64,000 bases of DNA from Blasia pusilla. Taxonomy: Eukaryota. The notes beneath the pieces are model-generated. The model was not told where the DNA came from and did not search any database. It worked only from the letters and a program-made list of their open reading frames with translations. Made by a program: the position numbers and the translations under genes. Positions 51,854 through 64,000 of this stretch are shown piece by piece (position 1 is the stretch's first letter; the number at the start of each line of letters is the position of its first letter). The stretch is taken from positions 8,804,001-8,868,000 of the forward strand of contig CM114271.1 in assembly GCA_050084515.1 (NCBI GenBank). Direction: 5' to 3'.

Positions 51854-54800
51854 CTAACGTATGTGCTTCTCTTGCGTTCGCTTGAAGTCTCGCAACAACT
51901 CTTGCGTGTGTTCCAAATCCGCCTGCGCAATCCAAGTCGCCTCCTTCACATGGTAGCCCTTCCATTTAACCAAGTATTCATACTTGTTGGCCCGACGCCT
52001 CGAACGTAAGATGGTCTCCACCTCAAACTCCGGCTCTTCATTTATGATCACGGAGTGCGGTCTCACCACCTGTCTCCGCTCGAAACTTCCATTATCTTGA
52101 AGATATTTCTTCAACAATGACACATGAAAGATCGGGTGAATTTTGAACTTGTCCAGCAGCCCCAATATATACACATCCTCGAACGGGTTTGCCACAATCA
52201 CATACGGTCCAACATACTTGGCAGACAGCTTCGCAGACAACTCTTTTGGAAGAGTGAGATTCTTCACACTCAACCACACTTGCTCTCCAACTTGGAATCG
52301 TACTTGGCGCCGACTCTTGTTAACATGCTTAACGTACCTCATTTGTTGCAAGACTTCGCCTTGCTCGCTCTTCCCATTCTCGCATTTCTACCAAAAAACC
52401 TTTTGTCATTGCTTGTCGTGTTCGTGCCAATGTAGTACCCTTCGAAAGGGCTAGGTCAAGAGGCCCTTGTGGCTCTCATCCATTCGCCAAGAGAAACGGA
52501 GATTCTCCAATTGCAGAATGCTTGGTCGAGTTGTTGCAGTACTCCGCCATGCTAAGCCACTTAACCCAATCTCGTTGATCAGCACTGACATAATTCCTTA
52601 AGTACTGATTCACGATTGAGTGTACCTTTTCAGTCTGTCCATCCATCTGTGGGTGGAAAGCCGTACTGAAACTCAGCTTGGTCTTAAACCTCCTGAACAA
52701 GTGCTTCCAGAAAGCACTGGTACACTTTGGATCCTGATCTGAAACAATGCTCCTCAGAAAACCGTGAGCACGCCACCAGCTATCCAAAAACAGTTGCGAC
52801 GTCGTATAAGCCGTTGCGGAAGCCACCTTCGGCACGAATCTCGCCAACTTGCTAAACCGATCAACAATCACAAGTATAGCGTTGTATCCCTCAGATAAGA
52901 GAAGACTCGTGATGAAATCCATACTCACACTTTGCAAGGGTCCTTATGGGATCGGCAAGGGATGCAACAAGCCTTGTTTCTTATCATAAGAAACTCTATT
53001 TGCTTGGCAGGTCACACAAGTCTTCATATATTGAGCAACATCCTCTTTCATGTTGGGCCAAAAAAACCGGTTCGACAGAACAGCCATCGTAGATTTCTCT
53101 CCTTTATGTCCTGCTCAGGGTCCTTCGTGACACTCCGCTAACACTTTGGTTCGCATCCTGCCTTGCCCCACATAGATCCTACTCTGCTTGAACCTTAGTA
53201 AACCGTGCCTTAAACTTATGTTGGCCACCTTCTCACCCTGCTTCAACTTCCTCAGGTACTCCCCTGCGTGAGCGTCCTTCATATATCCTTCACGAATGCT
53301 TCTTTCCAGGCCTGTTTCTTTGGGGAACATTGCTCTCAAGACTTGTGTCGTCGATGTCATGTGTTCCTCCTTGCAACTCAATGCATCTGGAATCACATTA
53401 TCTCTACCTGGCTTGTGAATCAACTCAACATCCATCAACGCCAAGGTATCATGCCATCGCATTTGTTTCGGTGTCACTCGATCCTGGGTCTCAAAATACT
53501 TGAGTGATATATTATCGGTGAACACTCGAGTCCTGTGGAGCCCTAAATAATTCCGCCACTTCCTCAAGCAATCGACCACCGCGAACAACTCTTTCTCGTG
53601 AGTGGGCCATCTCCTTTCAGTATTGCTAAGCTTACTGAAAGTCCAAGTTGTGTTGGAAAACTTTGCTGTCCAATCCGTGAAAGGTCTCACAATTCCCAAA
53701 AAGTTTTTCACATAAGTGCGATAGAACTACACCGCACCTATGAACCTCCTCATCCCCTTTACGGTGGATGGGGGTTCCCACTCGAAAATCGCTTTCACCT
53801 TCTCCATGTCTAGACTAACGCCATCTGCACTAACCACGTGACCCAAGAATTTGATCTTGCTCAAACCAAATTCGCTCTTCTCTACATTCGCATACAGCTG
53901 ATTCTCCCTTAGCTTAGACAATACCGCTCTCACATGTCGAACGTGCTCCTCTAAGGACTTTGAATAGATAAGTATGTCATCAATGTAGATGATAACATAC
54001 TCATCCATTTCCTTGTGAAAAATGGATTTCATCAATGTGGTGAACGTCGTAGGCGCGTTACATAGACCGAAAGGCATCACTACAAACTCAAAGGAATCGT
54101 ATCTTGTCCTACACGCATTCTTCTCCACATCTGCCTCGGCAATCCGGATCTGGTAATATCCTGACTTCAAGTCAATCCTACTGAAATATCTCGCACCTGC
54201 CAGCCTACCAAAGAGATCATCTATCCTCGGAAGAGGATAATTGTTCCGAACTGTCACTTTATTCAGCGCACGATAATCGACACACAACCTCATCTTTCCA
54301 TCTTTATTCTTCACAAAAAGAACAGGTGCTCCATAAGGTGACTTGCTAGTCCTAATGTAACCCTTTTCCAAGAGCTCACTTAACTGCCTTTTCAACTCAA
54401 GAAGTTCCTCCTGATTCAACCTATATGGTGCTTTTGAAGGTGGTTGGGAACCGGGTATGATCTCTATCTTATGATCGACGGCTCTATGTGCTGGCAACTG
54501 AGTCGGAAGCTCATTTGTCTAGACATCCTCAAACTCCTTGACCACTTTCTGGTGTGGTTCTGGGATTCCCCCTTGAAGCAGTGTCCTGATCTCTACATAT
54601 TCTGCTTGTAGCCTCCTCCACTTGTCTCATCAAGCAGAGAAACCCATCCTCCAACTCGGTCATGCTTCTCCTTGTAATCGAGTTCACCAACTCCTTTTTC
54701 GCCGGAACCTCACGGACCAACCGCACTAGCCGTTTGCCTTTTAGCAAGACGCTCAACCTCAAGGGTCTATGTCTTAACTCCACCACATATGCATCCAGGA

Positions 54801-56218
54801 ATGTATTCCCCAAGACTCCATCAATGCCATCCATTTTGCACACAGTGAAATTCTTCTTCAACTCGAATACCCCGCATCCTACGGTCAAACCCAAGACCAA
54901 CTCAGAAGTCCGATGAGACTTGCCTCCTGCAAATCCTACTCGAATGGGCTCATCCGCCTTAGAGGTAGACAACCACAGTTCCTTCACGATTCTCGAGCTT
55001 AGGAAGGAGTCCGAAGCAGCTGTATACACGAGCAACAACACATCGCGATCAGCAATCTTGGATCTTAGGTACACCAAATTGTGCGTCCTCTTGGTGACCT
55101 AAAGGGACGTCTCGAGATCACCCGCCAACAGATGCTTAGTAGCAAACGCAATCATACTCCCATTACTAACCTTCAGTTTCAAACACACTTTCGCTAGGTG
55201 CCCCGGTTCGCCATAGTTGTAGCATATGACCTTGCCGTTCCCTCACTTAGAGTGTTGTCCTCCTCTCGACTTCGCATGAAGTTCCACTTGTTTTGCTGCC
55301 GGGGCATACGACTCTCCTGGATCGTGCAGGTCCCCACTCCAAACTCTTTTGAACGTCTCCTTATTTTTCGACTTCTTCGAAAAACCTTTTGGGCTCAAAG
55401 GGTTTCTGGGTTTGGACTTCATCGCCCCCAATCCGCTCCGCTAGCTTCAGAAGATCTGCATAGGTATCTGGCAACGTGAGCATTCGGTAAAGGGCCTTTT
55501 TAGCACTCGGCTTGAGTCCACTAATGAAGATAGTCTTCTTCGCGTGCTCATCCATCTTTGTAAGAGACGTGAATTTTGCACTAAACTCCCTCACATACGC
55601 GCTTAAGGAACCACTCTGCCGCATCCGCATGCATTCCACCGTGTCGCGCAACCCTTGGTACTCCGGAGTGAATCGATCACCAATCAACACCTTAAACTCC
55701 TCCCAACTCAAAGGTGACTCGTCGGCCAGATATTCCTCTCGTTGAGCTGTCCACCGTTGTAGCGCATGATCCTTCGGGAAAGTAACGGCTACCGTCACCT
55801 TGTCCTGCTCAACTGCCCTCTGCGCCTCGAAGTACAATTCCAATTCCGTAGGGAAATCCTTCACTTTTCGCGAGCGCCCCACTCCAGTGAATGGCGTGGG
55901 AAGGTTTGTCTTACAGAGCTTTTTGCCCACACTCGGAGTTCGGACGGCCTCTAACTCTGCAATCCGCTTGCTTTGCTGGGACATCTACTCTATCAACAAC
56001 TTCAACAAGTCCAACGTCTGCCTTGACTCAGTCGGTTCCCCTGGGTTTGGGCTCGATGGCCCCACGGAAGGATTCGCCTCTAGAGCGTCCTCACATCTGG
56101 CGTTCAGCTCTTCGAGAGTCTTCGTCTCCTCCATAACATCACGGTCCGGCATTGGTTCCTCTCTCGATTCAGGTTGCTTGATTCAGCGCTTCTTGGGTTC
56201 TTCTCCCTCGATCGCCAT
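51854..56218 (-). pseudogene. gag-pol of the chromovirus (gag, protease, RT, RNase H, integrase, chromodomain)
   Basis: RT RLCVDYRALN...YIDDILIYS; RNase H HEKELFAVV..TDN; integrase SMDFI..VDRFSK..SDQD; chromodomain EFEVETIL...YLVKWKGY..ATW. Broken by stops and frameshifts. Confidence 0.92.
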
Positions 56219-59200
56219 TTTCAAGCAAACTCACTTAGATCTCCTCCTCGTTTCTTGCGTCCCTCCTCGAGCGTCAGAGTCTAGCCGCTACCTTGAGTTT
56301 TCCCCAAGCGTACGGTTGATCCCACGACCCCAAGTTCTCGCTCACCAAGGATTAGCTCTGATACAACTTGTCGCACCCCTACTCTCCTTGAACATCAATC
56401 TTTATTGTTGAGGAAGTGTACGTTAAGTAGGATACGATCTCATCGCCGATCTGCACCCAAACACACACTCTCGTTAGTCGGGTCTGGGCCAACCAGCGTT
56501 CCAACCCACCGAGTTCTCAACTCGGCGTCTCATCAAGCTCAACCTTCCTTACTTCCTAGTTTCCAAAACATGGCAAGTCCTTCAAGACTTGGAACAGACT
56601 TCCTGATTAGTCCAGGAACCTAAAACGGCACTTGCGTGCCTAGCGATCCCAACTCTTCAACGGACCTCGTGTGAGTTCCAAACCGAGACCCAAGTAATTG
56701 TGTCGCGGGGTGAAATCCAAGAGGGATGTCTAAAATCGCCTCCATAGACTTGGTTTAGGTTTTCCAACCCAACCCCAAACTCTCGATCCGTTCCATGCCC
56801 TTGCGCCGCCCCGTGGCGCGCAAAGTGGGGTTCGAGTTCCAAGCACTCTTGGAGACCTTCCCCCTTACTAGTACTTCTGGGATTCTCGAATAACCCCCCA
56901 TCTTTGGAAAAGGAGGGTCGGGCCCTTCATTGTGGCCCTCAACCCGACTCTACTTACAGTTGTTTCCAGGTTGTTTCTCAGCCGCTGCTTATGCGTTTGC
57001 AAAGATCTTTAGTGCGTTTGAAGTGTCTTTCCATAAGCCTTCTAACGCACCCTTTTTCAATCCAAACGCATCTTGGCGCTAAAAGTTATGGCCATAAATA
57101 CAATCGAAAACTCTCAAACGCTAGTGGCGTCCCAAATCCGGATTCCTTCCTGTGGCAACCCACTTTCTAGACTCAACTCCTTTCAAGTCTTGTTCCGCGT
57201 TTGGTCCAGGTTTCTTAGTCGCGACCACAACATCTGAAATGCGAAGCCTCGATTGTGTCCCGTCTCTTGTCTCTTCTTTGAGACCACTCCAATGCGCAAA
57301 CCATCTTAGCGTGAGCCCGCTAATGTTCCGATGTTCCGCTTTGGCACTCGTTTGGTCATGAGGGTCGCGACACTCATCAAGCTCAACCTTCCTTGTTTTG
57401 CGATCTACAACACGGGTAAGTCTCGCAAGACTTGGGATAGACTTTCTGGTCGGTTCAGGAACCTTAAACGGCGTTTCGCGCCTGGCGGTTCCAATTGTCG
57501 GATGGACATCGAATGAGTCCCTAACCGAGACTCACACGAAGTGAATCTCGGGTTGGAATCCAACTTTGGTGTACAAAGTCAACTCCCTTGGATCAGGTTT
57601 GGGTTTCGAGTTCCAACGCCAAACTCCCATTCCATCCCGTGCCTCTGAGACGCCGTTTGGCGCTCAAAGTGGGGATTCGTGTTCCAAGACATCTTGGAGA
57701 GACTCCTCCCTTACTAGTACTTGTGGGGATCTCCGGGGTCCCCCTACCTTTAGAGGAAGACACCTGGGCCTCTTCAATTGGCCCTCAACCCGATTGCTCT
57801 CACATTCATTTTTGGCCAATATCTCATGCATTTGCTAAGCTCTTTGACGCGTTGGAAGCGTCTTAAGATAAGCTTTCCAACGCGCCCTTATTTGTCTCAA
57901 ACGCATCTTGGGGCTAAACGTTATGGTCTAAAACACAGTCAAATTCCCCAAAGGCTAGTTGTGTTCCAAAACTGGTTCTCACCTCCTTGGCAACCAACCT
58001 TTTAAGACTCAACTCATCTCAAGTCTTGGTTCGCGTTTGGTCTAGGTTTCCTGGTTGCGACCACTTACGCACGAAACGCACAACTCTGTTCCGCGTTTCG
58101 TCTCTTGGAATTTTCCAAGAGACCTTTCTAAACGCCTCTCCAAAGCGCAAACATTGTAGCGTGAGTCGAGTCCACGCTACGATGTTTGCACTTCTGATGT
58201 TCCGTTTGGCGCCTATTTGGTGTTGTTTGGTTATGAGGTTCGCGATAGATATGGGTTGTTTTTGGTATTATACGCATATACGATTTCGTATCAACCTTCC
58301 CCCACTAATCTTAATGAAGACTTAGGATTTGCCATTAAAGATGAGATCTTGGAGTCGATTATGGATAGTTAGGATTTCGTCGCCGCCAAATTTTATTTGA
58401 ATGCAAGGTTCACTTCAGGGTCTCTGCAGGTTTAGTATTTATAGTGTTGGCTGAGTCGCATCCGGAAAGTATTCAATTTGCAAAACTTAGTCGTGTGGAT
58501 TTGCGTGTTAGTATTAGAGTATCAAATTTACACAAGTGTGTAGTGGTGCGCTTCATGCTACTTAGGGGGCACTTCATACTACTTAGTGGTAGAAAACTAT
58601 GAACTTTTGTTTTAGAGGACTATTGTTTGCTATTCTATCTTTTTTCCAACTCGACATTTTCTTGCTATATACGTCCAAAGTGTGAGCATGGTTACACACC
58701 CAATCTGCTCAGTTCTCACCAAGTTTTACATGTATTTGCAGGGACGAACGGATTGGATTTCCACCCAACAGAGTAAGATCTGATGTCTCTGGCCTTTCTT
58801 TGTATTCAACTCGTCCCGCTTTGCTTTAGCTTTCTTGAATATAGAAACCTGCAAAAGAGAAACATAGTTAGTAAATGAAGACTAACAGCTCTCTTTATTA
58901 TACAGAGCCGTGCAGAAGACAGGTGAGACATGATTGTAAGCGAACAACTATGAAATCAGCCCAAGCCAAGGGAAAGAAAGGAACTCTCCCATGTAGCTCA
59001 AAAAACTTCTATGGTGTAAAGCCTGCATATACAACATCTTCAGAAAGACCAACGTGGTCACCGATTTCACAGAACGATTCGATCAGGTTGAAGTCGAGTC
59101 CAAAAGTTGCAAGCAAGGTCGACCAAGAACGGGGATAAGATTAGGTTCCAATAGTGAGCCAGAATTTGGGGAGGCCAAGAGGGATTCTCTTCCCTTCCCA

Positions 59201-59797
59201 CAACCTCATGGCCATCCCTTGACTCTACGAGATAGCGAACAAAAGATGTCTGTCCAGTCTGTTGAGTATGAAGTGAGGGCCAAGATCCAAACATTTTTTG
59301 AATGAGGACCCTAAGCCGAGCAAAAGACTTCACATTATGAGCTCGGAAGAGTAAATTCCAAAGCTTGTCAAAAGCCTTGAAGATATCAAGATTCGAGATG
59401 ACGAACAGGTTTGGGAGGCACCATCTAGAAGTTCAAGTCAGAGTCCGAAAGTTCAAGTAGGAGTCCAAAATTTCCCTCCCAGGCTAGCTATAAAAGAGAA
59501 AGAGATTGATGGAAGTGATTGTTGCCTTCAAAATTACCCTGTAAGAGTGTATAATGTAAGGGTAGAACTATGCTCAATGTATTTTTTTGTGTGATAATTT
59601 CCTTTCTAAACTTGAATACCGTCTCAATCTAACAACCATCCTCATGATCACAAGGATTCCCCCACCAACCGTCTCACATGAGAGCACATTGCTAATATCA
59701 CTCATGTGCCAAGAGCACTCCCAACCCAAAACGAACATTGACGGTTGTGTTCCCACCCTTAGGCTGTGTACTCTCTTGAGCCCTTCCGCCAAACTTG

Positions 59798-59942
<145 letters not shown>

Positions 59943-60479
59943 TGAAGAGCTACAACGACGAAGCCTAATACCAAGCCCCCTAGCATAGCGTCGAGGAGCC
60001 CCCACACACACAACAAAGGCGGGGAGAGCACTTGAGAGGGCCATCACAGTGGCCCCATAGAGGGCCGCAATAGCTGTGAGAACAACCTGAGAGGGCCATC
60101 ACAACGGCGCCAGAGAGGGCCGCAAGAACGGCTAGAGAGTGGCACCTGAGAGGGCTGAAGTGGACCTAAGCACAGTCTAGACAGCCAAGAACAGTGCCAA
60201 AGGATCTGAAAGAGCAGAGCAGATTAGGTCTGCAAAGAGACGAGGCCCAATCTTGCCTACGGGCCATTGAAGGACATTGAGCGCAACATGGCGGAAGAGA
60301 GCGTAGCCACCATTGGTTTTGGGGGAGAGTAGTCACGATTGTCTGCACCACCAGTGCAGCAATGTGGACTCCAAGATAGGTTGACTGTGGCACCACGAGC
60401 TTAGGGAGGATATCGGAAGGCCATGCCACAAAGACCCGCGCCTTCATATGCGGCTCAGCAACAGCTGCCTACGATTACT

Positions 60480-61370
60480 TGTTGGTCATGTGATGGAGCC
60501 CATCATCAGCGTGATTGTGCTCATCAGGGTCATGGACATGTGCCTTAGCATGGAGGAGGATGGTGTTGCACCAGGAGGTTATCAGTGTGACTATTGCCAG
60601 AGGTATGGTCACACACGCGCCAAGTGTTTCAATTTCACCCTGAGTTACGTCTTGACCGAGGGCCAGAGAAGGCACCAGAGCGAGTAGCCAATCCGGGTGG
60701 GCCTAGAGGTCGTGCATCAGGTGATCCCATTGGGGGACGAGGAGTTCGAGTTTCCCGACAGGGTGGTGGAGTTGTCGTGGAGGAGGTAGAGTCCCACCAC
60801 CTAGACGCGTCGAGGGAGATGTCAGGTGTGAGGTTGGGATGGTTTCTCAAATACAACAGCTATAAGAGAAGATTGCCGCTATAGCATTGAGGTAACCCGA
60901 TGCCGGATCCATGGCATCGACATTATATGGAGCAGCCAGATATATTGAGGATCTTGGTTGGATGTACGGGATTGCCCCACATGGAGGCCGCCGCAGTTAT
61001 GATGCATGGAGCAGCCGCAAAGTTCAATCCACATTGGAAGGAACCCAGAAAACATACCAGGCTTCCTTAGTTTTTCACGTTGTCTGAGGCGATGAGGACC
61101 CCATCGATGGGTCCTTATCAGAGTTCTTGGAGAGTTGGTGATGTTATTGGTGTGCAAGCATGAAGGGCGATGGGACAAACGAGTGCGACAACTCCTATTT
61201 TTGATGCTCAGGAAGAGCATATGTCGAGTACGATGTTGGGGGCGGCCACGATGGTGTATCGTGCTCTGCTATTTTTTGCTTCCGATGTTATGACATTGGG
61301 AAGTACGTCCGCTAAGGTGTTCCAGTTGGCCGCTACGCTATGTGCACTAGAGGGAAAACCCCAAGCAAGA
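60480..61370 (+). pseudogene. gag fragment of a third relative of the DNMT/PHD Gypsy family
   Basis: CDYCQRYGHTRAKCFNFHPELRLDRG and VFQLAATLC match 48640-48710 and 48030-48060 (minus). Confidence 0.7.
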
Positions 61371-61448
61371 GCAGCTAAGAGAGCCGCCAAGGCAACGCCT
61401 AAAAAGAAGCAAGGGCAACGCGGAAGGAAAGCAAGAGCGGAGCCTAAG

Positions 61449-62450
61449 TGTCGCGCCCCTACTCTCCTTGAACGTCAATCTTTAGTGTTGCGGAAGCGTG
61501 CGTTCAGTAGGTCATGAACTCATCGCCGATCTGCACCCAAACACGCACTCTCGTTAGTAGGGTTTGGCCAACCGGCGTTCCAACCCACCGAGTCCTCAAC
61601 TCGTCGTCTCATCAAGCTCAACCTTCCTTAATTCCTAGCTCCCAACACATGGCAAGTCCTTCAAGACTTGGAACAGACTTCCTGGTTAGTCCAAGGATCT
61701 GAAACGGCACTTACACGCCTAGCGATCCCAACTGTTCAACGGTCCTCGTGTGAGTTCCGAACCGAGATCCAAGTAATTGAGTCGCGGCGTGAAATCCAAG
61801 AGGGATGTCTAAAATCGTCTCAATGGACTTGGTGCAGGTTTTCCAACCCAACGCCCAAACTCGCGTTCCGTTCCATGCCCTTGAGCCGCCCCGCGGCGCC
61901 CAAAGTGGGGTTTGGGTTCCAAGCACTCTCGGAGACCTTCCCCCTTACTAGTATTTCTGGAGTTCTCCAATAACCCCTCCCCTTTGGGAAAAGAGGTTCG
62001 GGCCCTTCATTGTGGCCCTCGACCCGACTCCACTTACAGTCGTTTTCGGGTCGTATCTCGGCCGCTGCTTATGCGTTTGCAGCGATCTTTAATGCGTTTG
62101 AACCGGCTCTCCATAAGCTTTCCAACGCCATCTTATTTGCTCCAAACGCATCTTGGCGCTAAAAGTTATGGCCATAAATACAGTCGGAAACTCTCAAACG
62201 CAAGTGGCGTTCCAAGTCCGGATCTTTCCTTTGGCAACCCACTTCCTAGACTCGACTTCTTTCAAGTCTCATTCCGAGTTTGGTCCAGGTTTCCAAGTCG
62301 CGACCATCACATCTGAAACGCGGCTTCTCGCTCGCGTCTCATCTCTTGTCTCCTCTTTGAGACAACTCCAACGCGCAAACCATCTTAGCGTGAGCCCGCT
62401 AATGTTCCGATGTTCCGCTTGGCACTTGCTTGGTCATGAGGGTCGCGACA
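61449..62450. mobile_element. Solo LTR of the chromovirus family
   Basis: TGTCGCG...CGCGACA, 1002 bp, perfect TSD CTAAG. Confidence 0.95.
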
Positions 62451-62764
62451 CTAAGGGCCGCGACAGAGCAAATGCCTGGACCGTAGCGAGCGGAGGGCTT
62501 GAGAGTAGACAGTGTCTCCTAGCGAGTGAAGGTCGGGAGAGTGGAGAAAAGCCTGGCCGCGAGAGAGCCGCAGTTGCGCCGTGAGAGCATGGACAGGAGA
62601 GCAAAGTCTAAGGGCCGAGATACAGCGAACAAAGTCTGGAACGGAGCAAAGCGTGGTTGCAAGTGACGAAAGCCCTGAGAGTCGAGAGCAAAAATCAGAG
62701 GGATCTGGGTGCCCCGACCATCTCATTCTCCGCTCTAAGCGGTGACAAAAAGGTCGTTAGGGCC

Positions 62765-63290
62765 GGGGCGAGATCGGACCATCCGATCTTGCTGCCCTAG
62801 ATCCAACGATGGCAGGCAACAATTCATTGGGCGAGATCGGACCGTCTGATCTCGCCGCCGAAAATCAAACGGTTTAGATCTCACTCCCGTCAATCCAACG
62901 GTGGCAGCGGGCGTCACTTTTGACGAGATCGGACCGCTAGATCTTGTAGATCTAACGGCTGTGTCTGCGGGATGGTTTAGGCAAGATCAGACGGTCCAAT
63001 CTTGCTGCGGAAGATTGAACGATCGGAGGGCGGGTAGGTTAGGGCGAGATCGAACCGTCCGATGTCGCGATCTTAGATCTAACGGCTGGAGGGCGGGTTT
63101 TCTAGGGCGAGATCGGACCGTTCGATCTCTCTGCTTGAAATCTAACGGTGGGATGTCCTGGCCGCGATCGGACCGTTCGATCTGACTGCCCTAGATGTAA
63201 CGGTCCAATCAACAGGATAAGCTCAGCGATAATAGACCGTCAGATCATAATAATTTTGATCGGCCTGTTTGGATCTTCATCATCCGACAG
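62765..63290. repeat. Array of imperfect palindromes GAGATCGGACCGTTCGATCTC / AGATCTAACGG
   Basis: More than ten copies in both orientations, followed by a pyrimidine/AT-rich tract. Confidence 0.8.
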
Positions 63291-64000
63291 CTATCAGCTC
63301 CTTCCCTCAATTTTTTTTTTTAAATTAAAATATTTTCTTCATTTTTCACTCCCTTCTTCTCCTTTTTTTTTCTGATATCCTAATCTAAATTAAAAGATTT
63401 TATTCCCAAATTTTTCCCTTCTTTCTCCATCAAGGTACTCTTCCTTCAAAAGTATTTCCCCTCCACTTTCTTTTTCCCTTATTTTCTATATAAAATTTAC
63501 ATAATCAATTAAATTATTTTCCTAATATAATTTTATTAAAAAATTTCTTACTCTATCACATAGATTTTTATTTTAGTAAAAGAAAATTTACCTCTTTTCT
63601 CCTTTTTATAATTTCTTTATTTACTTTTCTCCTTTTTTTTCCCCTTTTTTCTCCTCTTTTTTTCCCTTCTTGTCACACCAATGTTTTTTTTCTATCAGCA
63701 AGCCCAAGTAGGATGGTGCATGCATAGAGGAAAGAAAACATAAATTTACCTCTTTTTCTCTTTTTTCTGTTTTTATTTACTTTTCTCTATTGTTTTCCCC
63801 TTTTTTCCCTGCTTTTCCCCCTTCTTTTCCCATCAATGTATTTTTCTATCGAAAAATTTTCCCCCTTTTTTCCCTCGAGTTTATTTTCCCTGATTTTCCC
63901 TTTAAAAATGTTATAAGCTTTTCTTTTCTTTTCGTATTCCAAATTTATTTCACAAAATCAGACTTTACCACATAGAAATTTCTTTGACTATTAAATGAAA

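Larger units (their letters stand above)
40389..57372 (-). mobile_element. Full-length Ty3/Gypsy chromovirus LTR retrotransposon carrying a nested element
   Basis: ~1004-bp LTRs at 40389-41392 and 56369-57372, near-identical. Perfect TSD CTCAT. tRNA-Met-type PBS TTGTATCAGAGC (minus, ~56355-56366) and PPT at ~41393-41405. Confidence 0.95.
40224..58247. mobile_element. Older solo LTR of the chromovirus family (40224-40388 plus 57373-58247), split by the full-length element
   Basis: TGTAGTGCGCCTACTCTCC...GAGGTTCGCGATA, with near-TSD GATCT (40219-40223) / GATAT (58248-58252). Confidence 0.8.

Noticed and set aside
55800-56411. 203-aa plus-strand ORF
   Set aside because: Antisense shadow of the chromovirus gag.
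58860-59560. Possible further LTR fragment
   Set aside because: The composition is LTR-like, but no partner, TSD or clear termini could be established.

Overview
Transposon-dense nuclear DNA of a land plant (a bryophyte/moss-like genome by inference). It holds one clear host gene, the 5-exon PsbP-domain protein PPD4 (minus, 18353-21277), and one doubtful small gene near 39.2-39.6 kb. The rest is mostly nested, decayed mobile elements: a Mutator-like (MULE) element (917-9579) with a non-autonomous copy of its own family inserted in its transposase, a second piece of that family (24.45-29.64 kb), a CACTA/En-Spm fragment, a complete chromovirus Ty3/Gypsy element (40389-57372, 1-kb LTRs, TSD CTCAT), and several solo or partial LTRs. 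Two transposon-borne methyltransferase systems stand out. (1) A Gypsy-type element (42029-51796, with partial relatives at 10919-12356 and 60480-61370) encodes a DNMT3-like C5-cytosine methyltransferase between protease and RT and a PHD finger on its integrase. It has split direct repeats (A...B-A-B) instead of normal LTRs. (2) The MULE family carries an intron-containing gene for a beta-class N4C/N6A amino-methyltransferase-like protein, and its non-coding DNA is studded with a 27-bp CG-rich palindrome (GCAACCCGTCGGA-N-TCCGACGGGTTGC). All TE reading frames here are pseudogenised. Homologies were recognised by eye and no searches were run.
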